In this document: piece by piece, positions 1 through 13,670 of the stretch
How positions within the stretch are numbered: the first letter of the stretch is position 1
How the letters are laid out: each line of letters begins with the position of its first letter
DNA from: Orbicella franksi
Taxonomy: Eukaryota
DNA: 64,000 nucleotides
Assembly: GCA_964199315.1 (NCBI GenBank)
Contig: OZ116704.1
Span: 11,966,001 to 12,030,000, forward strand
Reading direction: 5' to 3'
Notes under the pieces: generated by a model
The model's database searches: none
What the model was told of the DNA's origin: nothing
Seen by the model: only the letters and a program-made list of their open reading frames with translations
Made by a program: the position numbers and the translations under genes

Positions 1-1
1 T

Positions 2-76
2 GCCGATGAAGAAAACACCTCAGGATTAGCAAGATCGTTTAAAATGGATCATATTGATCAAGTGTTCGTGAGTTAA
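2..76 (+). CDS. Possible end of an exon of an upstream gene (ADEENTSGLARSFKMDHIDQVF...)
   Basis: Protein-like open frame from the window edge, ending at either TAA 74-76 or a GTGAGT donor; an AATAAA lies near 534. Too short to identify. Confidence 0.2.
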   Translation, partial: ADEENTSGLARSFKMDHIDQVFVS

Positions 77-3000
77 ACTGCTCGTTTACAGACAAAAGAA
101 AGTAGTAATTGATATGGAAAAACCTGTCTGCGAACCGCTAGGATGTATCGTTCTTACTCAACTTAACTTCAATAATGTTTACATTACTCAGTATTATAAA
201 TACAAAGAGAGATATTAGTTACAAATGGTGAGGGAAAAGACTAAACAACTCTGTTTCCTGCATTCGTTTTGCTCACATTTAACACTCTTTGTGACAGAGC
301 AGAGAGCAATAATTAATTTTCTTCGTGGCCTTTATAACAACAGCGAGGAAGATGGTCTGAATACATGCAGTCCTTTAAAAATATCGAATTGTTGTCTAGC
401 ATCTGTTTTGCTGTATTCTGTTTAGCATACAGGCTTTCATTCATTCATTCATTCTGTTTATTTTGCCTTTTTACTTAATGTACAGTATTAATGTACTTTG
501 TATCTAAGTATCTATTTTCATTTTATTCCAGAAATAAATGCGGAGGTTATAAGTCGCTAATGACATTGAAAGAAGGAAATCTCCCTATTCCAATTTTGAC
601 TCGTTAATCTGCAACTCTAGTTCTCGGGGCTAAGGGGCAGTGTTTGTGTTCTTCATCCTAAGTTTCTCAGAACCTTGTAAATATGTCCCTCTATGAATTA
701 ATGACAATCCCAAGGTCATTCAAAATCATTGAACTGAGCAGATATTTCATGACGTTTTTAAACTGAAAACGGGCAGATTTTACCCAGTAAGGTTACATAT
801 TGTCGATAAAGATTTACTGCGGTAATAGAATTCCAACAGTGTTCTCGACTGATGCAAAAGCTGCAATTTGATTAGTAAACTACTAGTATTCTAACATCAT
901 TTGCTTGTAGTGCCTGGAAGTCGTCTTTAACATGATTACGTTTTCTCGTATCTCTAAAGCTTTTGAAGAAGAATTTAGAATTGTATCAAATAATGATTTA
1001 TCCAAAACCTAATAAATAAAAATTCCCTGTAACTTGGCATTAAAAACTCTACCTTGTTCAATGAACGTATTCATGAACGCGTGTACCGGCACAGATAGAA
1101 GTTTTAATTGGAAATCATTTTATTCCGCCCGCGATTTCGCCTAAACGTGAAGTTTAATACTACTGGAAAATGTTGAAAATACAAATGAAAATAATTGTTT
1201 GAAGGAAACTAGTTAGAATTTTACTAAAACAATACGATTATTCACTCTATAAGTCTGTAAGGTGATCCGTTGATTCGGGGGTCGGCTACATTAAGTACCT
1301 CCTCATGCACATATTTTCTAGGCTTTTTATCTTGTGATATTTAAATTCACCTACCTACCTGTCCATATATTGTTAAATTTCTATATAGTAGTAGTCATAA
1401 CACAAGCAAGGCCCCTATTTACACCAGCCTACACTCTTTTTTTTATCTACAAATACTGCTTTTTAGGCCCAAGCAGAATATTCTTACTTTTCTGCCGATT
1501 TCAGGCTGAACTTGTTCTTGTGAATATTCTTAGATTATAGTCTTTTGCAAATGCATAAGTTAAATACAGCTACAGTTATAACTGCCAGATATCTGTCTCT
1601 TTAAAAGAAAGATCTGTCTGGTGCATGATTATCACAGATCTCAAAGAAGTACAGTCAATGCAAAGAAAAAGTTTCCTTGTAATTTAATTAACTAAATTTT
1701 GAGCTATGCCACAAGTGTCCTTATTCTCTGTTTTTTTTACTGCTACTATTATATTTCAACGATTTTAACCACGGTCACGTTTCTGCTCTTCGTTGAAAAA
1801 AAAAAAAAACCGTTTCAACAATGAGCATTACTGACAATAGTTTGAAGTATCGCCCTCTTCGAGTGGTCATTTATAATGAACAATAAGAATGCCAAACAAT
1901 AGCCGGAAAGAACTGCAAAATGTGTTGTTGATTGTGGTCGGCATTGCTTTCAAAGCGTTTCATGATGACGGAACAGGTGTGGTAATTGGACTGACCCGAT
2001 TATTCCGCTTTTGACAGAGTTGCAGTGTGAGGGCAAACGATTCCTCAAGGAGTAAGACTGTAATCTCAGCTTAGCTGTTAAGGTAAGAATTAACTTGAAT
2101 TGAGTGAGCTTCCCAAGAAGGCTTAGAGGAAATGTAAGTCATCTAAGACAGGCAGATTTACAAGTTTAAAAGTTTCGGTCACAGGTAGCAACATCGCCAC
2201 ATGAAGCTAGAGGTGTGTTATATTTCGAAACCGTCGCTCAGACCACAATGAAATGAAAGCATCTTATTCATGAATCCGATCCCACCAACGTAATAATATG
2301 TATTCTGCGCAGAGCACTTATTTCAAGAAAGCTACTCAGCAAAGACATTTTTTGCTGGATATTCTAAACAATCTATAGACTTAAATATACTATCTTTTTT
2401 TTTCAAAGCTCAAAAACAAACGATGACTTAACCCTTTCCTCTTTAATGTCTTAGACACATTTGGTATCCTGTTTGATTAAGCCACATGCACTACAATTGA
2501 TAATAATGTTCGTCACGAACAATTCTTGAAAGTTAGTTTTGCATTTCATTGAACTCTTGCCAAAAGTCTCGGTGGCAAAATCTCGATCCAATTAAAATAC
2601 TCAAAGAACCTATCTCTGAAATTAAATTTAACGCAGCTATATAGCTCTCTAAATTAAATTACGTTTCAGCGCACTCTTTAGTTGAAAAACAATTTCGTGC
2701 GACGTCAAACTGATTTCCGAATGTTATCCCGTTTCTTCTTATTTTATCTTTATCTTTGCAGTCCTCTCCAAAAGGAAGTGTTCAAATTGTGTCAGAATAA
2801 TTTCCACTCAAAATTGATTTGACATTAAGCCCTGTCAATCGGGCGAGATAAAATATTTAGCTAAAATGATCTGATCAGTATGGAAAATCTGAAAGACGAC
2901 GGTGTACGTCTGTGTCGTAATGTACTATGAAACGTGCTTCGTTTGAGAGGCATATTTTAATTTTCGCAATACAATAAGAGGCCATTTTGGACATATTCTG

Positions 3001-6000
3001 GTGCACTTAAAATGTCATCATTTGTTAACAATTTTTTAATCTTGATTAGATGACGTTTAAAGAGGTCTCAATTTATTAGACAGATGTCGATAACTGACTG
3101 GCGACAAAAGTTTTCGGAATTTCGTGACATATTTACTTCAAAATTAATCATGGTATTCGTCCTCATCTAGCCAAAGGTAAACATTTTAAGCAACGGCTGT
3201 CAGTAAAAAACCAAAGACTAGTAAGTGAAGGTAACAACTGATCATTACGAAGTGCATGTACGTACGGAGAACACACAAGTGCAAGCTCTATGCCAAACTT
3301 TTGCCTTCGTTAAAAGTGCAAATGATCACTTTATAGCCTTAATTTCCTGTTCTTTTCAGCAAGCTTAAGACTTAACGTCATCAAGAGATCTTCCGCTTCA
3401 AGAAAGTTAGTATTCAGTTTTCTCAAAATGTTTGCCTTTAAAGTTTTGCCACCTGTAATACCTGAAATTTTCGTGAAACTCGACAAGCGTCATTATTATT
3501 TTAATTTCGGTCTATGTTTCGAGATATTAAGGCCAGCTAGTTCCTGCTTTAAAAAAGTACATGACCAAAAGATATCAAAACTAACATGCGTCCTGCTTGT
3601 CATCGCTATCTTAAGAAACGCTGTTACACAATTGCCTTGCTTACAGTTGTGCATTCTTTGTAAATAGAGTTATACTATAGCGCTTATTTAACGACTAACA
3701 CATTATTACTATGTTACATTGAGTGTGTATGTGTCAAGTTATTTCTTACACCGTTTTAATAGCTTTGCCATTCACCTTTACTAATGACTTCACAAGCGTA
3801 CTTACCGTGTTACCATGTTTGTAGCAGTGTATGTGCGAGATTTGTTTCTAAATTGATACACATCTATTTTCGGTCGGCAATGTTCGCATTCCTACTATCT
3901 ATTTTCATTCTTTGCAATGATATCAACAAAGAACGCTGCTTAGAACAATACCACGCATAGTTTTCTTGAAGTGTCCTTTTACTGAATAATGCGATATGTC
4001 ATGTACAAGGTGTAGAGAAATTAATGGCTTGTGTCGTGTGATAACAGATTTCATAGTAGCGGGACAAAGCCACGCCACTTGAGATTTTTCACTTACCTTC
4101 GAGAAACACTTCTGCCTAAGGGTTATACCCCCGGTATAGCAAGAGAGCATCAAAAGTTCTGGCCAATTTAAGGTAAGAAAAGTCAACGAAGTTAAATCCT
4201 GAGTTGGTCACCTTTCTAAGAGGAAAGGGGAGAATGTATAGATGAATGAACGTTAGTCAGTCATTTCGCGGGAGCTTGCCAGAATGATTTCAGAAGTTAA
4301 TGTACCAACCATGTCCTTCAGATAAGACTCAACCAAATACTAACAGATATAATAAAAAAAATTACGTAAACAACGGCCCGCAACACAAAGCGCATACCAC
4401 CACTTTGGGAATAATGAGGATGCTAAAAATGGCCAGCGTACTGTTAACATCGTTTCTAGTATAGAGATACTATAGAGATATTGGTATAGAGATAGATAAT
4501 CGGACAGACGCCGCTCTTACATTTACTGTACTTAGTTACTCTCTCAGCTGTTTTCTACTTGATTATAGCAAAAGATAGAAGGGGAACATGACAGCAGAAC
4601 TTGCATGCCATTGCATAACTGCAATGCATTGCCAGAGGCGGTTTAGTCTCCAATGACAATATTCTAAAGGCATGCAATTCCATGCATTTGACATTTCTGC
4701 TATTTATTAAACGTCTTTTGTGGTCGATTCTCTTCACTGATCCTTTTAGTTAGTGCGAAGAAAATTTCAATTGGAGCGATGATCTTTGTGCTACTGTTTT
4801 TGTGAACAGATTAATCATGACTACAGATCGGATTGACCGAGATCAATCGTCTCAGTTTATAGCCAGAATTGGAAAACAGATTTCCACTTGTGAACTTGGC
4901 ATCTTTGCAATGTTACTTGAGGGTACCAAAATGAACTCCTTGCCTCTTGCTACTGTACCTTATCACTACAGTTACCTTTGAGAGGATGCGTGTTGTTTCA
5001 GGTCAATTTCACAAAGTGAACTTTGGCTCGGCACTTGAGAGTAAACGGATGGCTCCAAGACATGTTGGCCAGATTTATGCGAAAAAAAGAAGATCGTACG
5101 GAAACGGAAGGAAATGACATAAAGTAATTGTAATAAACAGTACAAATAACTGGAAACGTGCTTAAGACAAGACTTCTGATTTAGGACACTTTTCGGGTAC
5201 TGTGATGGCATTGATACGAGATCTGCAAATTTGTGGCTATGTTAATTAGAGTAGAAGAACGATAACTAACGTAATCACTCAACACGTACATATCAAAAGA
5301 AATTAAAAGCCGGACATTCTGGATTATCGCTATTTTAAGAAACAATAATTTTCAATTTAACAAACGACAGAAATTTGCAATTAACTTGCACATTTTTTTT
5401 GGAAAGGTATCATAGCGATTGTGTAACTGCTAAACATCGACTTTTCATATTTCATTGACCATGTCTTGAAATGTTGTTAATTTAACAGTTCTACTTTACA
5501 TCACGTTCAGTATCAATACCCTTAGGCGACTCTTAGGCCATTGACAATCCTTTATAAGCTTCTTGGCTCGATCGCTTAGAACATTCGGAACAAATTAACG
5601 ATGTACGTGACATAATGATGTTCAGGTTTGGTTGTGTTTGTTACTGGACTTGCTTTTATCTTCATTTTCAATTCGTTTTGTTGATTCCCCTGTTTTGTTG
5701 ACATTAAAAGAAGTAATTATTTCCAAACAGTCTTTTAGAACAGAAGGCCATGAAATTTGAACTTAAGGGCGTAAAGTCGTATTTGTAAACTATATTGTGA
5801 CTCGATTGGCTCTCACAGAGTTCACAGCGTTTGTAACAAGACCGTGAAAATAATGCCACTTACAATTTTTACGTAACCTCTAGGAGGACTTGTGCCTGTG
5901 ATCTATAACCACAGTGTCGCCGGCAAAGCAAGGAGTTTCTTCCCAATTTGAGGTAAGAAATGTCAATTAAAATTGAATAATCTCTAAGACCGAAGAGGAG

Positions 6001-7018
6001 AATGTACAACAACGTAACTGCCAGTTCCCTCGAACTTACCAGATCACTTCAGTTCACGACTTGACTTCAGAAGTTTACATGTCAAACTGTTTCCATATTA
6101 AAGTCGATACCGAAAAAATAATAAACAAAACACCGTCGTTATCATGAACGTCTCCAAAAATGTAGCTCGGAAATGGCCTTTTTTGTAACATCATGGATGT
6201 CAACGTACTGTTTAGTTCCTTATCCGGTAAAAATACTGGGAATTCTTTCATGCAATGCCATTTTAGTCATCTTGCATTCCATCGCATTTTCACCGCCGAA
6301 GGCAAATTGCTTCTTTGCTACAATGAAAATTTTATTTTTCTAATAACAATTCCGTGGATTGGATCACTGCTATTTTTTATCTGAAAGATATCTCACGGTC
6401 GATTCTCAGAAACTATACGAATTATTCTCGACTTACATGTTTATTGTAGACCTTCAAGCTATGATTTTCGCCTGAAAATGTTTGGTATCAAATTAACTAT
6501 CGGTGGGATATAGTCCATCATCTCTTTCTCTTGCACGATTTAAATGGATACTCTCGATTTGACTGCAGGGGGTTAATTTTATAGCCACTCCAATCCTATG
6601 CATTGCCGTAAGAGAGCGCCAAAGTCGTCAAAGTATTTTCATCTTCAAGAGAGCGCATAAAGTGTCTAGACTATCAAGCAACCACTCCTTTCTCAGATAA
6701 GTCCGATACGTCGACTTTTCGTTATAATGAGCCAAGCAACATATATCTGGTCACATATATTAACCGTTTAACTCCCCATTCAAGTCTCTTCTCCATGCCA
6801 GATCCTAGCTATACCAGTCTGTCCTCAGTAAATTAAGGGTGAAAATCCTTCCGAGCTGTACGTCTATGTTGAGCATGAAATATTCTATGTTGATATCGAA
6901 ATAGTCGTGATATGTTGCCAGAAAATTATCTAAAGCGAATCTAAGGATGTTTTTAGTTAGGATAGGACATGCCTTTGGTGGGCAATCTGTTAATTTGCGT
7001 CTGCTATGAGATAAGATC

Positions 7019-7243
7019 CAGGACCGGGTTGCTCGAAGCCCGATTAAGCTAACCCAGGATCAGCGAGATTTTTAATTTGAATTTTGTACTTTTCGGTGAG
7101 GTTTCCTGCCTCAGTTTTGAGTTTGAATAATCTCAAAATACACAAAGCATAAGCAGTGAAAACGTTTCTATACAAGAAAAAAATAATACTTCAGTTAACT
7201 TTTAATTGGGTTAGTGCTAAAAGGCCTTCGAACAACTCGGCAT
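7019..7243. mobile_element. Short MITE with terminal inverted repeats
   Basis: CCGGGTTGCTCGAAGC near the start pairs with GCCTTCGAACAACTCGG near the end; internal GCTAACCC/GGGTTAGT symmetry. Confidence 0.6.
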
Positions 7244-7920
7244 CAATTTTGATCAAAGGGGCCATGTAATTGTCGGTAATAAATTAAGAGCATGTGATGT
7301 CTATTTTATTGCAATGTGCTGAGAAAAAAAATTGCCGTTTAAAGGTAGCAGTAAAACTCATAGAATCTTATTAAATAATCCCCAAAAAATTTGAGATCTT
7401 TGCTACCAAAATTTAGCTCGTTTCCGATATTGATTATATGCGTGATCGAAACGTGTGTACATCCAGTGCGTTCGTTAGAAATCTCGTATTTAGCTGAAAG
7501 ATGGATTGGCTAAATTGCCGCTAGATAAGCTTCTATTCCATTTATTTTGCTCATTAAATACTATTCCTATAATGATAATTTACTATATAAGGACAAGGAA
7601 ACAAGCAAAATATGAAGCGGTATTACTCTATAGTAATCTGTGTTCCACTGTACCGCCGCTTTTGGAGATAGTTAACATGGGATAAAAAATCCCTTGTTTG
7701 ATTGACCTGTGTGCATTTAAATTATTTCTTACAAACTCACCCGTGCGTACAATCATTTGTTATCTATAAACCATCGAATAAGGTACAGATTATTTTAGAC
7801 TTTTTACCTTAACTTGTATTAATAGTAAATCGTATTTTACGTACTGGCCATCGATTCATATCAGCGTCTTTATATTGAATTCGCTGATCGGCTTTTTTTT
7901 TTTCAGTATAAATAAAGCTC

Positions 7921-7956
7921 TTATTATTATTATCATCATTATTATCATCATCATCA

Positions 7957-7996
<40 letters not shown>

Positions 7997-8097
7997 CGTC
8001 CTCACGTAATGTTTGCTTAGAGTCCTTAGGGCCGAGACCAAACCATGGTCCTGGGGCACTAGGGGATAGCCAGTTTTTAGCTTGATTAGTTTTTAGC

Positions 8098-8146
<49 letters not shown>
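7921..8146. repeat. Two (ATT)n microsatellites (7921-7996 with ATC interruptions, 8098-8146) flanking a ~100-bp unique cassette
   Basis: Seen directly; source of the poly-N/poly-I ORFs at 7809-8210 and 7856-8059. Confidence 0.95.
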
Positions 8147-10761
8147 CGCTATTCCTCGAAAGTGATCTTCTATGAAAATGATCGATGTTATAATTGAGTA
8201 GTGAGTGCATTATAATTTTTTTTTGACCTAGCAGGATTGTTAAATCTTCGATTCCTCAACGTGAATTGTTGATAGTGCAAATCCGGAGGTTCGTTAAAAA
8301 TATCCTTGGTATTGACCTTATGAACTGGTGGAAGGGTTATACCGGCCAGCTGTACCGCAAAAATAAGCCGGAGTTTTATTTCTTTACACAGGTTGATTGG
8401 CTTTTTTTGTCTGTCTGTTGGTTTGTTTGTTTTTGTTTATGCCTTCTCGGGTTTAAGTGGTTTTGGTTTGGCATATGAAGTATGAAGTTCGGTCTAAGGT
8501 AATATTGTAAATAGTTTCTGTTTGGGCTGAGGCACCAAATTTTGCTTCTCATGCCGCAGACGAGAACATTTTTCCACGTCACTTGCACATCAAAGAAAAA
8601 AACAGCTAATTGGCTTCGCAAGTTTAATACATAAAAAATATAATCAGTGACGCCACTTACCGGATTTTGCCACTGGGGCGGGGAAAGAAAAGCTAATTAG
8701 TATCTCATTTCTTTTTATGGATAAGTAATAATCCATTATTGAAAGTCCACTAATAATTGGCTTAATCTGCCGTCCTTATCAGCTTATTGCCAAAATTAAA
8801 CCGGCCTTTCTCCATGAACAAACGTTATTAAAAACCATCTTATGAAGTCACCTCTACTGAATCTGTAGATGGGTTTTGTTGTTGTTGTTTTGCTTTTAAA
8901 GTTTTGTAAATAATGAGGATGAGTAGTTGCTGTTTTGTTGCAAAATGTATGGTTGTCAGAGATAACAAAATGGCCAAAGTATTTGTCGCATGTTTAAATG
9001 CCGCACTCACGAAAAAGGATTTGAGTTCAATACCCACGTAGGGTCATGAGAAAGGAATGTAAAAAGAAAGAAAAGGCTTATTTTTACTTGATACATTATT
9101 GTATCTCGCTTTCAGTAAATCGTTATCTATTTATTTATGTACTTATTTTATTTAGTTATGTATTTATATATTTAGTTATTTAGTTACTTAGTATTACTCA
9201 TTTACTCATTTACTTATTTACTTTTTTAATTAGTTATTTATTTATTCATTTTATTTTATTTATTTATTTATTTATTTATTTTAAGTAAACGTTTGGCTGT
9301 AATTTTGGAATAATGTGCAAAGGTAGACTATGTTTTTAAGCATGTTGTTTAGTTCCATTTCAATAAGTCTAAACTGGAAACTGCAATGAAACAACGCAAT
9401 GGTTTCCGTTTATTTTTGGAAGACAGATACAAGTTTAATCGGATAATAATTCCCTTGTTTGATGCTTCCACTGACCCGCATGCATTTAAGTTATTTCTTG
9501 CGAACTCACCCGTGCGTATTATCATTTGTTATCTATAAACAGATTATCGCTATCGTGATCTTCCGTGAAAATGATCGATCGTTACGATAATTGAGTATTG
9601 AGTGCATTTTAGTTTTTTTTTTTATGTGACAAAGCAGTATGGTGAAATCTTCGATTCCTCAACTTGAGTTTGGTGATAGTGCAAATCCGGAGGTTCGTTA
9701 CAAATCTCATTATTATTGACCTAATGAACTTGTTGGAGGGTTATGCCGGCCAACTGTGCCGCAAAATAAGCCGGAGTTGTATTTCTTTACACGGGTCTAC
9801 TGGGTTTCTTTTTGTCTGTTTGTTTGGTTGGTTAGGTTTTTTTTATGCCTTCTCGGTTAAGTGGTTTTGGTCTGGCATATGAAGTATGAAGTTCGGTCAA
9901 AGGTAATATTGTGAATAATTTCTGTTTGGGCTAAGGCACCAAATTTAACTACTCACGCGCGGACAATAACATTTGCACATCGGAGAAAAACCGCCATCGT
10001 GAGTTTTCAAAACAGCTAATTGGCTTCGCAAGTTTAATATATAAAAAACTAAACAAAGTGACGCCATTTAACGGATTTTGTCACGGTAGCGAGGAAGAAA
10101 AGCTAATTAGTATCTCCTTCCTTTTTATAGATAAGTAGTAATCCATTATTGAAAGTCTGCTAATAATTGGCTAAATCTACAGTCCTTATCAGCTTATTGC
10201 AAATGAGACACTCTGTTTACGCAAAATTCTTAACAGTTTGTTTACACCATTACCAAACGGTCCTTCTTCATCGGGAAACGTAATTGACCACCCTATGAAG
10301 TCACCTCTACTGAATCTGTAGATGGGTTTTACTGTTGTTGTTGTTGTTGGTTTACTTTTAAAGTTTTGTAAATAATGAGGATGGGTAGTTGTTGTTTGGT
10401 TGCAAAATGTATGGAAATCAGAGATAACAAAACGGCCAAAGTATTTGTCACATGTTTATCGCCACGCTCACGGAAATGGATTAAGATTTAATACCCAAGT
10501 AGGGTCGTGAGAAAAGAATGTAAAAAGAAAGAAAAGGTCTATTTTTACCTGATCCATTATAGTATCTCGGTTTCAGTAATCTTTATTTAATTATTTAACT
10601 ATTTTATTTATTTCATTTATTTATTTATTTATTTATTTATCTATTTATTTGTATAATGATTTAGTTTTTTAGTTATCTATTTATTTTTTTTATTCATTTT
10701 TTTCAAATAAACGTTTGGCTGAAATTTTGTAATAATGTGTAAAGGTGGACTATGTTTTTAA

Positions 10762-12553
10762 AGTGCACCTAACCCCCAAATTTTTTTTTCGCTAAAACGA
10801 ATCTAGGCTTATTTGAAGCATTTGGGCGAAGAAATTTTTGAATTTGGTTGAATCCTCGATTTTCTATGCCCTTTCAAAGTCGCGCTTGAAGTGTTTCACG
10901 ACCGCGTTTTAGGGAGTCTGGGGCGGCGGTTCCTGATGACGTCTACCCAGGAACCAAACACAATGGCGCCTCACTCAGCGCTCTGTATTTGCTGGAGAAA
11001 ATGGAAAACAAAACTAATCGTTCCGATGTATTTTGGGACTAAAACGTCCAAGCTTAGTCTCAGAATTATTTTGTTTCGTCACTGGAGTCAGAGTTAAGTT
11101 TCGATTTGGAAGACACCAAAATAAACTTCGATCGAGCACGTTCGACAACTGTGAACTCACTGCTTAGAGCTTTGAGAGCAATTTACAATATTTCAAGCGA
11201 CGAAGGGGAAGACTTCTTTGCCGACGAGCTGCTTGTATATTAGGAAAGGAAAGCTAGATACGAAGTGGAGGAGCAGGCAAACGAAAAGCAGGAAAGAAAA
11301 CTCAAGGACTGCTTTGGATGGTAATTTCGTCAACTAAACATAAGATTCCCACTCGTGTTTATAGCCCGTTTACATTTGTCCTTAGCGAGAATGTATTTTG
11401 TCAAGGTATGATTGTTCTGTTAAATCCAGTTTGTGTTTTACTTTCTGTTGAATGCTTCATGTTTATAAGAGCGACGTACGTGTTGCAGTTTTCGAGACTT
11501 GATGACCTCCAAAACATTGGCTTCGATCGATTGAAAATCGTACTGTTTGACCTGTATTTTTGAAGCTGCGAGAACAAGGTGGAAGGAAACATTTCATACA
11601 GTTACCGATTTCACATTGTCACACGTTTTAAGTCGTAACTCCAAATAACCAATGTAAATTGTTCTCAAAGTTTATAGTGAAATTCGTCGGATAAGCGAAA
11701 AGGATGTGTTCCCTAAGCGGTCCGCAGATAATGTTCCGCGGTCATATTTTCGACGCTATTGCACAGAATCTCTGTCGCACTGCTGATTTCCAAAGCTTCG
11801 AAAAACTCTGTGAGTCTAACAATTTTGTTATGATGTAATTCTAAAGGATTGATTTTCTACTTTTATCTAAATCGAAAGAGAAATAAGTGCTGGTTAGCGG
11901 CGTACAGTTGCGACCTATTTACATATCAGTTAATACGCTTCTTGATCATGATCGGATCACACAACTTTGCCGGTTATGTTATAAATACTGCGGGATTGTA
12001 AGATATAGGTTGTCGGTAGTATTTCTAAAAATTTCTGGTTAGCTCTAAGCAGAAAATTTATGAAAATAGCGTTCGAAAGTCCGCGGAACAAATTCCAGTG
12101 AGAATTCTTTAATGGTTCTCACAGATTCAGTTCGCTTGTTTCGGTTCGACAAAATCAACCGTCGTTTACGTCTTTATTGTACCATTAGCCGATCATCGTC
12201 AGTAAATTGTACAGTATATCTTTCTTTAAATCTGGAATATTACTGCAACAGCCGATAGCACCTCTGGAAGGCGTTTCTGCGCACTTTTCGAATGTGTATT
12301 GCACAATCCTGAGGGAAATGAGAGGACGTGAGATATCGAACCTTCCTGGGTAGACGTCACAAGAGCTGCTGGACCCATTCTCCTCAAACTCGGTCGTGAA
12401 ACAAAATGGCGGTGTTTTGGAGCTATTTTCGAGATTTCGTCGGGGGACAGAAAATCGAGGATTTCACGGAATCCAAAAATTTTTTCGCAGAACTATTTCA
12501 AATAACAAGTACATTCGTTTTAGCGAAAAAAAAATTTTGGAGTTAGGTGCACT
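10762..12553. mobile_element. Non-autonomous Kolobok-type DNA transposon, 1792 bp, with TTAA TSD
   Basis: TIRs AGTGCACCTAACCCCCAAATTTTTTTTTCGCTAAAACGAAT / ATTCGTTTTAGCGAAAAAAAATTTTGGAGTTAGGTGCACT; AG...CT termini; TTAA at 10758-10761 and 12554-12557. The paralogous empty site in unit A (GTTTTTAAGCATG near 9337) has a single TTAA. A degenerate THAP-like N-terminus lies on - from 12274 ((M)PSR.AIGCCSNIPDLKK...RRKR..VDFV). Confidence 0.85.
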
Positions 12554-13670
12554 TTAAGCATGTTGTTTAGTCCCATTTCCATAAGTCGAAACTGGAAACC
12601 GTAATGAAACAACCATTGGTTTCCATTTATCATCGATTGTCAGAGATAACAACATTTCGCAAACATCGATGTTTTTCGCCACCTTTGGAAGACCGTTGAA
12701 GATTGGAAGATTAATGAAGATTGATGAAGATTACTAGGTTGATGTAATGAAACAATGCATTGGTTTCCATTAATCATCGATTGCCAGAAGTGGTCTAATT
12801 TGCATGAACATTATGACACAACACGTGGCAAACACATGAGCCGTAGTTTACGCCTGGTAGAATGAATTGTTTGCAACTTTATTATTAATTTGATGCTTTC
12901 AAACATCAAATTCAATGCTTGCCTTTGTTATCAAAATCTCAATTATGAGACCACTTTATGGAAGCAAGGGTCTTTGAATGTCTAGCTTAGACTTTGAATG
13001 GCAAAAATTACACCTGGTTTTTCAAAGCCTACTTTTAAACAAGAGGCAAGGTCTGCAAGATGATATTACGAATATGACGATCTTTCTTGATCTTACATTG
13101 ACAAAGACAATTTTAAGATCTAAGTATTACTCAGTGGGTTATTTTAAAAGAAATACCGCCGAGATTAAGTCCAAATTAAGCTAACAAATTTTCAGACACC
13201 AAAAGAGATTTAGTTATGAGCAATAGAAAAGGAGGTTTGCATATTGTTGTTACAACTGAATCAGAGTTTGATCAAAATAGTCCAGTATACATATTATTAA
13301 TAATTTCAAAACATGCTTAGATCATGATAATGACATCATCAGACATGATATGTTTTTCTTCATTCCTGAATGTGTATGATTAGTAAAATCCTCCAAAACC
13401 GGCAAAGTGTTGTCTATGAGACAACGCTGTCCTTGATAACAGATAAATTCTGTATTTTTCTCTTTTTTGTTCCCCTATTTCAGCTCAGACAAACACTTTT
13501 AACGAGATTACAGAAAAACGTATTTTTGTCGTAACTGCCTCATGGATTTGTCTCCGCTAGTATAGATTATAGATATAGACCGAATGTGTCAAATATGTTT
13601 CGGCTATCTTATGGAAAAGATAAAAACAAACTGAAGGAAACCTGAGCTGCAAAGGAATGTGGATTAACAT

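Larger units (their letters stand above)
7679..12630 (+). repeat. Diverged ~1.7-kb direct tandem duplication (unit A ~7679-9410, unit B ~9441-12630 including a transposon insertion)
   Basis: Colinear matches: 7679 GGATAAAAAATCCCTTGTTTGA vs 9441 GGATAATAATTCCCTTGTTTGA; 8463 vs 9862 (TGGCATATGAAGTATGAAGTTCGGTC); 8841 vs 10294 (TATGAAGTCACCTCTACTGAATCTGTAGATGGG); (ATTT)n tracts in both units; 9340 vs 12558 (GCATGTTGTTTAGT). Confidence 0.92.

Noticed and set aside
7809-8210. Poly-Asn/Asp and poly-Ile ORFs
   Set aside because: These are translations of (ATT)n/(ATC)n microsatellites.
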